Shown here: one piece after another, positions 17,058 to 25,923 of the stretch | Layout of the letters: each line of letters starts with the position of its first letter | How positions within the stretch are numbered: position 1 is the stretch's first letter | NCBI GenBank assembly: GCA_031409655.1 | Contig: JANNXQ010000184.1 | Coordinates: forward strand, 1 to 25,923 | Length of the DNA: 25,923 nt | DNA from: Chthoniobacteraceae bacterium | Lineage (GTDB): Bacteria; Verrucomicrobiota; Verrucomicrobiia; Chthoniobacterales; Chthoniobacteraceae | Direction of reading: 5' to 3' | Translations under genes and position numbers: made by a program | Notes under the pieces: model-generated | Seen by the model: the letters and a program-made list of their open reading frames with translations, nothing else | Database searches by the model: none | What the model was told of the DNA's origin: nothing

Positions 17058-18245
17058 TCACGTCTCCCGCAGCGCCGCGGCGATGGGGAGGCGGGAGGCT
17101 CTGATCGCGGGGAAGAGACCGCCGAGCAGGCCGAGGACGGCGGCCGAGATCATGGCGCGCACGAGCAGTTCAGGGGTGACGGCGAAGGCGAAGGTGACCT
17201 GGCTGAAGGTTTGGAAATTCATCGTCGTGGCGGTGAAGCCATTGAAGACGAAGTAGGAGATCGCCGCGCCGATGGCGCCGCCAGCGAGCGCGAGGACGAG
17301 CGACTCGGTGAGCACGGAGATGACCACCGGCCCGGAACCAAACCCCAGCGCGCGCAAAGTGGCGATCTCGCGAGCGCGCGCGGAGACGGCGCCGTACATC
17401 GTATTCAACGCCCCAAACAATGCGCCGAGCGCCATCATGACGGCGACGAAGACGCCGAATTTCGTGATGAAATCCGCGGTCATCGTGGACTGCTCAGCGT
17501 AGTGGTCGGACAGACGGGCGACCTTGACCTTGAGTTGCGGATTGGTGGTGAGGGCATCTTTGAAAGCGGTGAAGGCGGCGGCAGACGTGAGCCTGGCGTA
17601 GATGGATTGGAACCCTTCCGGACGGTTATACGCAGGCTGGAGCACGGCAGCATCGGTCCAGATCTCGGACTCCGCGAGCCCGCCGCCGGAGGTGAAAATG
17701 CCCACGATCTCCCAGGTGTTTTGCCCGATCTTGATCCGCTGCCCGAGGTCGAGTCCGGAAAAGGCACGCGCGGCGCCGGTGCCGACGATGACTTCATTTT
17801 TCCCCAGTTCAAAGCGCCGCCCCTGGACCATCGTGAGGTCGCCCCGCACGTCGAAGGCCGCCAGGCCGACGCCCCGCAGCGGGACATTCGCACTCGTGCC
17901 GGTCGAGCGCTTGGGAAGGTCGATGATGACGAAAAGTTCCGCCGAAGCCAGCGGTCCACTCGCGCCGCTCGCGATCCCCGGGGCGTCGCTGACGAGCCGC
18001 GCCTCTTCCCTCGAGAGGCCGCTGGTCATCTCGCTATCCGCGCCGCTGCGCATGATGATCGCAGTATCCGGCGTCCCGGAGACCGTCATCGCGCGCCGAA
18101 AGCCCTGGGCGATCGCAAGCACGCCGACGAGCACCGCGGTGACTCCGGCGATTCCGACCGCGGCGGAGAGGGCCGCGCCTTTGCGCTCCGGCAGACTGCG
18201 CAGATTGAATCCGGCGATGGCGAGGACTTGGGCGAACCAGTTCAT
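17058..18245 (-). CDS. ABC transporter permease (MacB/FtsX-like)
   Basis: N-terminal TM segment, periplasmic domain, LNTMYGAV..R.REIATLRALGF, LGGLFPA.RA. Confidence 0.92.
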   Translation of the reverse strand: MNWFAQVLAIAGFNLRSLPERKGAALSAAVGIAGVTAVLVGVLAIAQGFRRAMTVSGTPDTAIIMRSGADSEMTSGLSREEARLVSDAPGIASGASGPLASAELFVIIDLPKRSTGTSANVPLRGVGLAAFDVRGDLTMVQGRRFELGKNEVIVGTGAARAFSGLDLGQRIKIGQNTWEIVGIFTSGGGLAESEIWTDAAVLQPAYNRPEGFQSIYARLTSAAAFTAFKDALTTNPQLKVKVARLSDHYAEQSTMTADFITKFGVFVAVMMALGALFGALNTMYGAVSARAREIATLRALGFGSGPVVISVLTESLVLALAGGAIGAAISYFVFNGFTATTMNFQTFSQVTFAFAVTPELLVRAMISAAVLGLLGGLFPAIRASRLPIAAALRET

Positions 18246-18266
18246 GAAAGTGGGCAGGGAGCGGGG

Positions 18267-19424
18267 TTATCCATTCCGGCGCAGCGCCTCCGCAGTGCGC
18301 AGAGTCATGGCGGAAAAGGCGGGGATCGCGCCGGCGATGAGACCAAGCAGCAGCACGAGACCGGAACCGAGGACGAGCGCGCGCATAGGCACGAAGAACG
18401 TGGGCAGCATTTGCGGCACCGGATTCCCCGCCGCCAGGGTGCCCCACGCGAGGCCCAGGCCAAGCAGGCCGCCGAGGATGGCGATGAGGCAGGACTCGGC
18501 GAGCACGAGCACGAGCACCAGGCCATTGGAGAAGCCCATCGCTTTCAGCACGCCGAGCTCTTCGGTGCGTTCGCGAACGGCCTGGTTCATGGTATTTCCG
18601 GCGACGAGCAGGATGGTGAAAAAGACGGCGCTGAGCACCGCAACCATGATCTTCCCGATGTCGCCGATCTGCTGCGCAAAGCCGGCGGCGAAGGCGCCCT
18701 CCGGTTCGGCCTTGGTCTCGTAGGGGGAGTTTGCAAATTCGGCGTCGATCCGCGCGGCGACGGCGGCCGCTTCGTCGGCGTTTTTCACCCGCACGGTGTA
18801 CCATCCGACCTCGCCTTTGTTCTGGGTCCGCGCTTCGTCAAAGTAGTCGTAGCGAAAGTAAAGGCTGCTCAGATCGGAGCCTTTCTTGGTCGAGTCGCAG
18901 ATCCCGCTGATTTCAAATTGCCACGCGGCTTGGTTCGCGGGTTCGCCGTAGATCGGGGAGGTCAGCGGAACGCGGTCGCCGACTTTCCAACCGAAGCGTT
19001 TGGCAAGATCCCGTCCGATGATCGCGCCGTTGCGCGTCTTCGCCCAGCGCGCCTTCGCCTCGGCATCGAGGGTGTACTCCGGGTAAAGGTCGAAAAATTT
19101 CTCCGGCTCGACGGGCATGTTGGCGAAAAAATTTTTGGGATCCTGATAGATCCCACCGAACCATGTCGCGTGCGTGGCGGCCTCGACCCCGGGGACGCCC
19201 GCGAGTCGCTGGCTGTAGCTCACGGGCAGGGTTTGGATCAGCGACACCTTATGCCGCACGATGAGGCGGTCGGCGTCGGCGATCTCGACCCCGGCGGCAA
19301 AGGCTTCACGGATCGCAAAGAGGAAACCGAAGAGCGCGAAGGCGACAAAGATGGAGAGCACCGTGAGGAGGGTGCGCAGCTTCTTCCGCTTCAGACTGCT
19401 CCAGACGAGGCCGAAGTATTTCAT
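18267..19424 (-). CDS. ABC transporter permease (MacB/FtsX-like)
   Basis: RKKLRTLLT, NTMNQAVRERTEELGVLKAMGF, AGAIPA. Confidence 0.92.
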   Translation of the reverse strand: MKYFGLVWSSLKRKKLRTLLTVLSIFVAFALFGFLFAIREAFAAGVEIADADRLIVRHKVSLIQTLPVSYSQRLAGVPGVEAATHATWFGGIYQDPKNFFANMPVEPEKFFDLYPEYTLDAEAKARWAKTRNGAIIGRDLAKRFGWKVGDRVPLTSPIYGEPANQAAWQFEISGICDSTKKGSDLSSLYFRYDYFDEARTQNKGEVGWYTVRVKNADEAAAVAARIDAEFANSPYETKAEPEGAFAAGFAQQIGDIGKIMVAVLSAVFFTILLVAGNTMNQAVRERTEELGVLKAMGFSNGLVLVLVLAESCLIAILGGLLGLGLAWGTLAAGNPVPQMLPTFFVPMRALVLGSGLVLLLGLIAGAIPAFSAMTLRTAEALRRNG

Positions 19425-20119
19425 TCCGGCTGGGTGTTGGAGAGCTGCCCCTTATCGAGGTGGACGGTGCGGCTGGCGCGCGCGGAAGCGTGCGGATCAT
19501 GCGTGACCATCACGATGGTCTTGCCCTGCTCGCGGTTGAGCGTCTGGAGTAAGGTTAGGATTTCATCGCCGGATTTGCGGTCGAGGTCACCGGTGGGTTC
19601 GTCGCAGAGGAGGATCGTCGGATCGGTGACGATGGCGCGGGCGATGCCGACGCGCTGCTGCTCGCCGCCGGAAAGGGTGCGCGGGTAGTGCTTCAGGCGA
19701 TGGCTGAGGCCCACGATCTTGAGTGCGGTCTCAGCGTGTTCGCGGCGCTGCTGCTTGCTGAGCTGCGTGAGGAGCAGCGGCAGCTCCACATTGCGCTCCG
19801 CATTCAGGACGGGCAGGAGATTGTAGAACTGGAAGACGAAGCCGATGTGCCGTGACCGCCAGGCCGCGAGGGAGCGATCGGAGAGCTGGTCGATGCGATC
19901 TCCACCGATGCTCACGCTGCCACCCGTCGGCCGATCGAGCCCGCCGATGAGATTGAGCAACGTGGATTTGCCCGAGCCGGACGGGCCCATGAGCGCGAGG
20001 AATTCGCCCTTCTGCACCGCGAGGTCGAGTCCGGCAAGCACCTGGATTTCCTCGGAACCGCGGCGAAAAGTGCGGTTGACGTTTTCGATCTGAATCAGGG
20101 CGGGGGCATCGGTGCTCAT
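19421..20119 (-). CDS. ABC transporter ATP-binding protein (LolD/MacB-type)
   Basis: Walker A GPSGSGKST, LSGGEQQRV signature, DEPTGDLD, VTHD. Confidence 0.96.
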   Translation of the reverse strand: MSTDAPALIQIENVNRTFRRGSEEIQVLAGLDLAVQKGEFLALMGPSGSGKSTLLNLIGGLDRPTGGSVSIGGDRIDQLSDRSLAAWRSRHIGFVFQFYNLLPVLNAERNVELPLLLTQLSKQQRREHAETALKIVGLSHRLKHYPRTLSGGEQQRVGIARAIVTDPTILLCDEPTGDLDRKSGDEILTLLQTLNREQGKTIVMVTHDPHASARASRTVHLDKGQLSNTQPE

Positions 20120-21336
20120 GGCGTTTTGTCGGAAATTTTCGCGCCCTCACCGAGATCGGCGGGCGGATTGAGGACGACTTTCTCGCCGCCGCTCAGGCCA
20201 GCGGCAATCGTGGATTCATCGCCGCGCGACTGTGCGACCGTGACGGCGCGCCGCTCCACGCGTCCATCGCGCACGATCCACACGATGTCGCGGTCGTTGC
20301 TACTTTGAATCGCGGCTCTCGGGACGATGACCTGACTGGAAGCTGGAGCCGCCTGGTCCTCGGCAGCGCTTTGAAAGGCGACCTTCACGCCCATGTCGGG
20401 CAGGATGCGCGGGTCGAGTTGATCGAACCCAATGCGCACTTTCACCGTCGCCTTCTGCCGGTCGGCCGTCGGGATGATCGCGATCACTTTCGCCGGGATG
20501 CGCCAGTCCGAGTACGCGTCGAGCGTCGCCTCCACGCCCTGCTTCGGCTGGATGCGATTGATGTAGCTCTCATTCACGTCCACCTCGATCTCGAGCGAAC
20601 TCATATCGACGATCGTGCAGATGCCGGTGCGGGTGAATCCGCCGGCCGACATCGTGGAGATCATCTCTCCGGGTTGTGCATTCTTCGCCGTGACCACGCC
20701 GGCGAAAGGCGCGCGGATGATATTGTCGTCGAGTTGCTGCTTCCACTGCTCCACCTCCCGTTCGCGGATGGTGATCTCGGACGCCTGTCGCACCAGCCGC
20801 GCCTCCAGCGACCGTGCCTCCATCTCTGCTTTCCGCAGATCCGAATCGCTCACCACTTTCGTCTTTGCCAGATCGCTGAAACGCGTCAACTCGCGCTGCG
20901 CAAAGTCCAGGTTCGGCTTGGTCTCCTCCCGCGCCGAGCGGGCCGCCTCCAACTGCGCCTCCGCAAGCCGCAAGCCCGCCTCGACATTCGACGCATCGAG
21001 CCGCGCGAGCACCTGCCCCTCCTCGACCTTCTTGCCCTCCTCCACCAGCACCTCCATCACCTTGCCCGTGACCTTCGAGGAAACGGTCGCCGCGCGCCGT
21101 GCCGTGACATAGCCCGAGGCATTGAGCAGCGTCTTCGCCGAGCCACCGCCGGATTGCGCCCGCGCGATCACCGTCTGCACCGGCGTCGCCTGCGGACGCT
21201 TCATCCACCAAAACCCCGCCGCCGCGAGCAACACCACGACGATCAAAATAGGCACCAACCAGGGCGACCGCTGCCGGGTGGCCGGACGACCGCGTTCAAT
21301 GCGCAGACCGTCGAGGGTGGATTTTTCGGAACTCAT
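20116..21336 (-). CDS. Efflux periplasmic adaptor (MacA/HlyD-like membrane fusion protein)
   Basis: N-terminal TM anchor, lipoyl halves VSSKVTGKV..V.EG..V / IRAPFAGVV, coiled coil, GLSGGEKVV. Confidence 0.93.
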   Translation of the reverse strand: MSSEKSTLDGLRIERGRPATRQRSPWLVPILIVVVLLAAAGFWWMKRPQATPVQTVIARAQSGGGSAKTLLNASGYVTARRAATVSSKVTGKVMEVLVEEGKKVEEGQVLARLDASNVEAGLRLAEAQLEAARSAREETKPNLDFAQRELTRFSDLAKTKVVSDSDLRKAEMEARSLEARLVRQASEITIREREVEQWKQQLDDNIIRAPFAGVVTAKNAQPGEMISTMSAGGFTRTGICTIVDMSSLEIEVDVNESYINRIQPKQGVEATLDAYSDWRIPAKVIAIIPTADRQKATVKVRIGFDQLDPRILPDMGVKVAFQSAAEDQAAPASSQVIVPRAAIQSSNDRDIVWIVRDGRVERRAVTVAQSRGDESTIAAGLSGGEKVVLNPPADLGEGAKISDKTP

Positions 21337-21456
21337 GAAAGTGATACGTCAGCGCGAGCCGCGAGGATCGTCGCACCACCGTTTGCTGACAAGAGCGGGA
21401 AAGTTGCTCCTTCGACTCACGCGCGCACTTCGTCGCGCCCGCACCTTCCCGACGGC

Positions 21457-22872
21457 TTACTTCCGCTCCTTGAAGGCGAAGAGCTTCGTCTCGGTGCGGA
21501 CGTAGAGCGTGTCGTCCGCGAGAGCGGGCGTGGCGGCGATGCGCTCCTGGAAGTCGGTGCGCCAGCGGACTTCCGGCTTGGGGCCAGCCGCGAGGGTGCC
21601 GGCTTTGCCGTCGAGGTTCACGAGGTAGATGTGGCCATTGGCGGCGACAGGCGAGGCGTAGAAGGAACCGGGGAGATCGAGGCGCTGTAACTCGTAGTGC
21701 GCCGTGCCCGTCGCGGCGTCGAAGCACGAGGCAAGGCCGCCGTCTTTGATCATGAAAAGCGCGCCGCGATAGAGCAGCGGGCTCGGGACGTAGGGCAGCC
21801 CTTTGCTTTTCTCCCAGGCAACGTGCGTGGCAGTGATGTCGCCGCTGCCGCCGGGTTTCACGGCGATGAGCCGGTTCTTGCCCCGCTTTAGGTAGCTGAT
21901 CTGCGCGTCCCATTCGGCTTGCGTGAGCAGTCCGTCTTTGTCCGTGTCCTGCGCGGAGAAGAAGTCTTTGAGAAAGGTCTCCTGCGCTTCGGCTCGGGAG
22001 ACTTTTCCATCGGCGTCGGTGTCGGCTTTGAGCAGATCCGCAAAAGCGGGCATTGGCGCGTCCTCGCCCGCGGGCGACCAGCCGGCAAAGTAGAGAAGGT
22101 TGTCACCCACGACCGGCGAGGCGCAATTGACCGCCGCCAGCTCGCGGATGAGCCACCGCTCGGTGCCGGTGTGCAGATCGTATCCTTTCATCGCCAGGCC
22201 GCCGGGAGCGATCAGTTCCTTCCGTCCGTCGTGCTCCCAGATCACCGGTGTGGAGTAGCCCGTGAACATGCCGGAACGCTCAGTCTTCCACACGGGTTTG
22301 CCCGTCACGGCGTCGAGCGCGAAGACGGCGGAGTCGGCTTTCAAATCGCGTACGAGGATCACGAGGCCATCGACGAGAATGGGCGAGGTGCCGCTGCCAA
22401 AGTCGTTGTTTGTCTCCGCGCACGGGAGCGCGTGCCGCCACAGTTCCGCGCCGGCAAAGTCGTACGCGATGAGCCCGCAGGAGCCGAAATAAACGATCAC
22501 GCGCACGCCGTCCGTCGCCGGCGTCGCCGCCGCCGGGCTGCCCTGTTTCACCATGAAGGCCTCGATCTTTTCCGCCCTCGCATCGCGCCGCCACAGCTCC
22601 CGGCCCGTCGTTCGATCGAGACACAGCGTCCACAGCTTTCCAGCGTCAAAGGCGGTCAGAAAAATCCGCCCGCCCCAGATGCACGGCGACGATGGCCCCG
22701 AAGGTGTCGGGGCCTGCCAGAGCACATTTTTTTCCGGTCCGAATTCCACCGGCGGCTTCTCCCCATCCGCCACGCCCGCGCCCGCCGGCCCACGAAACCG
22801 CGGCCACTGCGCATCGCCAGCGAAGACGGGCAGCGAGGTGAAAAAGAGGACCGCGGAGACGAGCGTTTTCAT
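21457..22872 (-). CDS. Secreted PQQ-like (BamB-type) beta-propeller protein with EF-hand pair insert
   Basis: Starts at ATG 22872 with a signal peptide; WPRFRGP, repeated SP....G / G...W blades; DTDADGKVSRAE and DTDKDGLLTQAE loops. Confidence 0.88.
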   Translation of the reverse strand: MKTLVSAVLFFTSLPVFAGDAQWPRFRGPAGAGVADGEKPPVEFGPEKNVLWQAPTPSGPSSPCIWGGRIFLTAFDAGKLWTLCLDRTTGRELWRRDARAEKIEAFMVKQGSPAAATPATDGVRVIVYFGSCGLIAYDFAGAELWRHALPCAETNNDFGSGTSPILVDGLVILVRDLKADSAVFALDAVTGKPVWKTERSGMFTGYSTPVIWEHDGRKELIAPGGLAMKGYDLHTGTERWLIRELAAVNCASPVVGDNLLYFAGWSPAGEDAPMPAFADLLKADTDADGKVSRAEAQETFLKDFFSAQDTDKDGLLTQAEWDAQISYLKRGKNRLIAVKPGGSGDITATHVAWEKSKGLPYVPSPLLYRGALFMIKDGGLASCFDAATGTAHYELQRLDLPGSFYASPVAANGHIYLVNLDGKAGTLAAGPKPEVRWRTDFQERIAATPALADDTLYVRTETKLFAFKERK

Positions 22873-23050
22873 GACCGAGCGGTTTAAGGCGAATCCGCCG
22901 CGCTGGCGAGTGACGATCTTGCGACAGCGAAAATCGCCAATTGCGCGCCGCCCGAGCCTCCTGAAATCAGCGTCGTGAGTCCGCGTGCCACTCCTCTCCG
23001 GGTTGCCGGCCCGCTTGCTAGCGATCGCACCCGCCGCTACCAATTTCGGG

Positions 23051-24991
23051 ATGGATTTGAAGACGGCACTCCAGACGCACTTTGGTCACGACGAATTCCG
23101 CGGCGGACAGGAGTCCGTGATCCGTGCGCTGCTTGACGGGGAATCGGCGCTCGCACTTTTTCCCACGGGCGCGGGGAAGTCGCTCTGCTACCAGCTCCCG
23201 GCGGTGCTGCGCGAGGGGACGGCGCTCGTCATCTCACCGCTCATCGCGCTGATGAAAGATCAGGTCGATGCGCTGCGGGCGCGCGGCATCGCGGCGGCGC
23301 GGCTCGACTCCAGCCTCACGGCGGAGGAGACGCAGCGGGTGTATGCGGACTTGCGCGAGGGGAAGCTGAAGTTGCTCTACGTCGCGCCGGAGCGGCTCTC
23401 GGGCGAGGCGTTTGTCGAGCGATTGCGGCGGGTGAAAATCTCGCTGCTGGCGATTGATGAGGCGCATTGCATCTCGGAGTGGGGTCACAACTTTCGCCCC
23501 GAATATCTGCGCCTCGCGCGCGTCGCCGAGGAGCTGGCGCTGCGGCCCGTGCTCGCGCTCACCGCCACGGCGACGCCCGACGTCGCGCGCGACATCTGCA
23601 AGGCCTTCGGCATCGCGCCGCAGCGGCATGTGCAGACTTCCTTTCGCCGAAAAAACCTCCACCTGCGCGTGACGCCGTGCGCCGCCAGCGAAAAGCTGGC
23701 CGTGCTCACGAAGCGTCTCGCCAGCGCGAAAGTCCGGCCCGCGGTGGTCTATGTGACTTTCCAAAAAACTGCCGAGCAAGTGGCCGCGCACCTCGCGCAG
23801 GCGGGGCTGGCGGCGCGGGCCTATCACGCAGGGATGACCGCCGAGGATCGCGACGCGACGCAGGAGGCGTTCATGCGCGGCTCGTGCGAGATCATCGTGG
23901 CGACGATCGCCTTCGGCATGGGCATTGATAAGGCGGACATCCGCAGCGTCATCCATTTCAACCTGCCGAAGACGCTCGAAAACTATCAGCAGGAAATCGG
24001 GCGCGCGGGCCGCGACGGGCAGCCCGCGCTCTGCGAGCTGCTCGCCTGCGCCGACGACGCCGTGCCGCTGGAAAACTTCACCCTCGGCGACACGCCATCG
24101 CCCGTCGCCGTCGAGGCGCTCGTGAGAAAAATGCTCGGCGCGGGCGAGGAATTCGACGTGAGCCGCTACGACCTCAGCCAGGAAACCGACATCCGCCCGC
24201 TCGTCGTCGAGACCGTCATCACCTACCTCGAACTCGACGGCCTGCTCCGCCCCACGCGCGCCTTTTACGAAAGCACGCAGGTGCAGTTCCTGAAACCCGA
24301 GAGCGCCATCCTCAGTCCGCTGAACGACGACCGCCGCCGCTTCCTCACCGCGCTCTTCGCCGCGGGACGCCGCGGTCCGAAATATCTCACGCTCGAACTC
24401 GAAGCCGCCGCGCAAAAACTCGGCGAACCGCGCGACCGCATCGTGAAAGCGCTCACCTGGCTGGAGGAAACCGGTGCCATCACGCAAAAGCCCGCCGGCC
24501 TGCGCCACGGCTTCCGCCTCACCGGCGACGCCGCCCTGCGCGACCCCGCCGCCGTCGCCGCACACCAGGCCGAACTCTTCGCCCAACGCGAAACCCGCGA
24601 CTCCCAGCGCCTCGCACAAATCCTCGACTTCGCCAGCGCCTCCGGCTGCATCACCCGCCGCCTCCTCGGCTACTTCGGCGAAGCGCTCCCCGACGAAAAC
24701 TGCGGCCACTGCCACCACTGCCGCACCGGCGAACCCGCCGCCCCCATCACCCTCCCCGCCACCCCCATCGCCGAGTTCACCGAGTCCGACAACGAAGAAA
24801 TCCGCGCCCTCATCTTCGAGGAAATCCCCTCCCTCTCCACCCCGCGCCAACTCACCCGCTACCTCTGCGGCCTCACCAGCCCCGCGACCTCACGCGCCAA
24901 ACTCACCCGCCGCCCCGAGTTCGGCCGCTACGCCGCAGTGCCCTTCCGCACCGTCCTCGCGCAAGTAGAGGCGTGCTCCGCGGAGGAGTGA
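23051..24991 (+). CDS. recQ: RecQ-family ATP-dependent DNA helicase
   Basis: PTGAGKSLCYQLP, IDEAHCISEWGHNFRP, ATIAFGMGIDK, QEIGRAGRDG and Zn site C...CGHCHHC. Start at ATG 23051. Confidence 0.95.
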   Translation: MDLKTALQTHFGHDEFRGGQESVIRALLDGESALALFPTGAGKSLCYQLPAVLREGTALVISPLIALMKDQVDALRARGIAAARLDSSLTAEETQRVYADLREGKLKLLYVAPERLSGEAFVERLRRVKISLLAIDEAHCISEWGHNFRPEYLRLARVAEELALRPVLALTATATPDVARDICKAFGIAPQRHVQTSFRRKNLHLRVTPCAASEKLAVLTKRLASAKVRPAVVYVTFQKTAEQVAAHLAQAGLAARAYHAGMTAEDRDATQEAFMRGSCEIIVATIAFGMGIDKADIRSVIHFNLPKTLENYQQEIGRAGRDGQPALCELLACADDAVPLENFTLGDTPSPVAVEALVRKMLGAGEEFDVSRYDLSQETDIRPLVVETVITYLELDGLLRPTRAFYESTQVQFLKPESAILSPLNDDRRRFLTALFAAGRRGPKYLTLELEAAAQKLGEPRDRIVKALTWLEETGAITQKPAGLRHGFRLTGDAALRDPAAVAAHQAELFAQRETRDSQRLAQILDFASASGCITRRLLGYFGEALPDENCGHCHHCRTGEPAAPITLPATPIAEFTESDNEEIRALIFEEIPSLSTPRQLTRYLCGLTSPATSRAKLTRRPEFGRYAAVPFRTVLAQVEACSAEE

Positions 24992-25126
24992 AAGTAGTCC
25001 CCGACTTCAGTCGGCTAAAACTCCCGAGCGCAGAGGTCGTGTTCGATTCCGCAAAAAGCGGCCCTCGTGAAATGCGACGCCTACTCTGAACGCCACCCCG
25101 AACCGACTAAAGTTGGGAACTACTTT
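24991..25126. repeat. Inverted GTAG-type REP doublet (REPIN-like)
   Basis: AAAGTAGTCCCCGACTTCAGTCGG (24991-25014) and inverted copy CCGACTAAAGTTGGGAACTACTTT (25103-25126), 21/24 match; each carries an internal palindrome. Confidence 0.75.
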
Positions 25127-25279
25127 CCCGCCCCTTGCCCGCCTCCCGCGCGTGGATGGCCTGGAACCGGAGATCCCCCGCGGGCCGTAAGGCCGCGCGG
25201 CGCTGCCGCAGAATCACCCGCCCGCCGCCATCACTGCGCTCTTCTTCGCTCTGGTGAAAATGTCGGGCATCGCCCGATG

Positions 25280-25765
25280 CTACGGGCGCCGCCGGGCGCC
25301 GTCTCGCTGGAGCGCGTTTGCGATCAAGTCCTCGGTGAGAAAACACGAAGTGCCGCGCAGCTTCTCCAAGGCCACGGGCAATGACACGAGTTCACGCGCC
25401 GCCGCCACTTCGAGGATGCCGACCGTTCCCATTGTCACCACGCCCAGCGCTGCGGCCCAGCGCCGTCCTTCCCGGTCATCCATCAGCAGAATCGCGGCCC
25501 CGAGTTCCTTTGCGAGGGCGATGGCTTCAGCATCTGCCACCGAGACATCCCCCACCTCGATCTTTTGCGCCGCCGTGCGAATCTCCACCCATGGCGGCAG
25601 TGCGGCAGCCCATGCCCGCACCGCCTCTGGCGCCGCCCGATGCAGTAACTCGGCATGCACGGATGCCGGCAGCACCGTCTTCTCCGCGAGCCGAGCCAGC
25701 AGCCCGATGCACCCGATCTGGATGAGATAGTTGACCGGTCCGGTATCGGCGACGATCAGGATCAC
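25280..25765 (-). CDS. PIN-domain toxin-like protein (DUF3368/VapC-like)
   Basis: IVADTGP, P.SV..EL, EAIALA, LLMDDREGR and GTVGIL motifs. Confidence 0.88.
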   Translation of the reverse strand: MILIVADTGPVNYLIQIGCIGLLARLAEKTVLPASVHAELLHRAAPEAVRAWAAALPPWVEIRTAAQKIEVGDVSVADAEAIALAKELGAAILLMDDREGRRWAAALGVVTMGTVGILEVAAARELVSLPVALEKLRGTSCFLTEDLIANALQRDGARRRP

Positions 25766-25923
25766 GAACCGGGAAATCTTTCAGCAGCCAGCCGGTCCGC
25801 CTCGAGATCCTCGACCGAGTAATTCAACGGCACCTTGTGCTGCACCCGGAAATTCTCCGCCGACCAGTAGTCCCCGCCCACCCCGGCCAGTTCACCCATC
25901 CGGCGCAGCGAGATTTTCCCCTC
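25762..25923 (-). CDS. UPF0175-family antitoxin-like protein (5' end outside the window)
   Basis: Manual translation ..EGKISLRRMGELAG..YWSAENFRVQHKVPLNYSVEDLEAD..S*; GTGA overlap with the PIN gene start. Confidence 0.8.
   Translation of the reverse strand, partial: EGKISLRRMGELAGVGGDYWSAENFRVQHKVPLNYSVEDLEADRLAAERFPGS

Noticed and set aside
17211..19688. 825-aa plus-strand ORF and other long antisense ORFs (6780-8294, 20305-21690, 23234-24850)
   Set aside because: Shadow frames of well-supported opposite-strand genes in GC-rich DNA, with no recognisable motifs.
25280..25923. Toxin-antitoxin pair as a novel defence system or island border
   Set aside because: UPF0175 plus DUF3368 PIN is a common pair; no integrase, tRNA or att site is seen, and the window ends inside it.

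Overview
GC-rich bacterial window, probably from the PVC superphylum (Verrucomicrobia-like; inferred from gene content and the lack of Shine-Dalgarno motifs). The centre (8406-16972, +) is a complete Planctomycete/Verrucomicrobia-type (PVM) bacterial microcompartment locus: DeoR regulator, PduL, three BMC-H, an acetate-kinase homologue, three BMC-P, an acylating aldehyde dehydrogenase, a class II aldolase and an LDH/MDH-family enzyme. This locus type is known and linked to fucose/rhamnose catabolism. The most unusual item is a four-helix-bundle (23S-IVS-protein/Avd-like) gene lying inside that operon. It is bracketed by inverted arrays of the heptamer GAAGGAT/ATCCTTC that give a perfect 20-bp stem, supply its own ATG and would bury the next gene's start codon, like an rRNA intervening sequence placed in an mRNA. 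The left flank has a Crp/Fnr regulator, an unannotated peptidase remnant, an enolase-superfamily dehydratase, a TauE/SafE transporter, a sulfatase, a serine hydrolase with a degenerate tandem copy, and a Tat-signal Gfo/Idh/MocA oxidoreductase. The right flank has a MacAB-like ABC system, an EF-hand beta-propeller protein, RecQ, a REP doublet and a UPF0175/PIN toxin-antitoxin pair cut by the window end. Family assignments come from motif recognition by eye; no database search was run.
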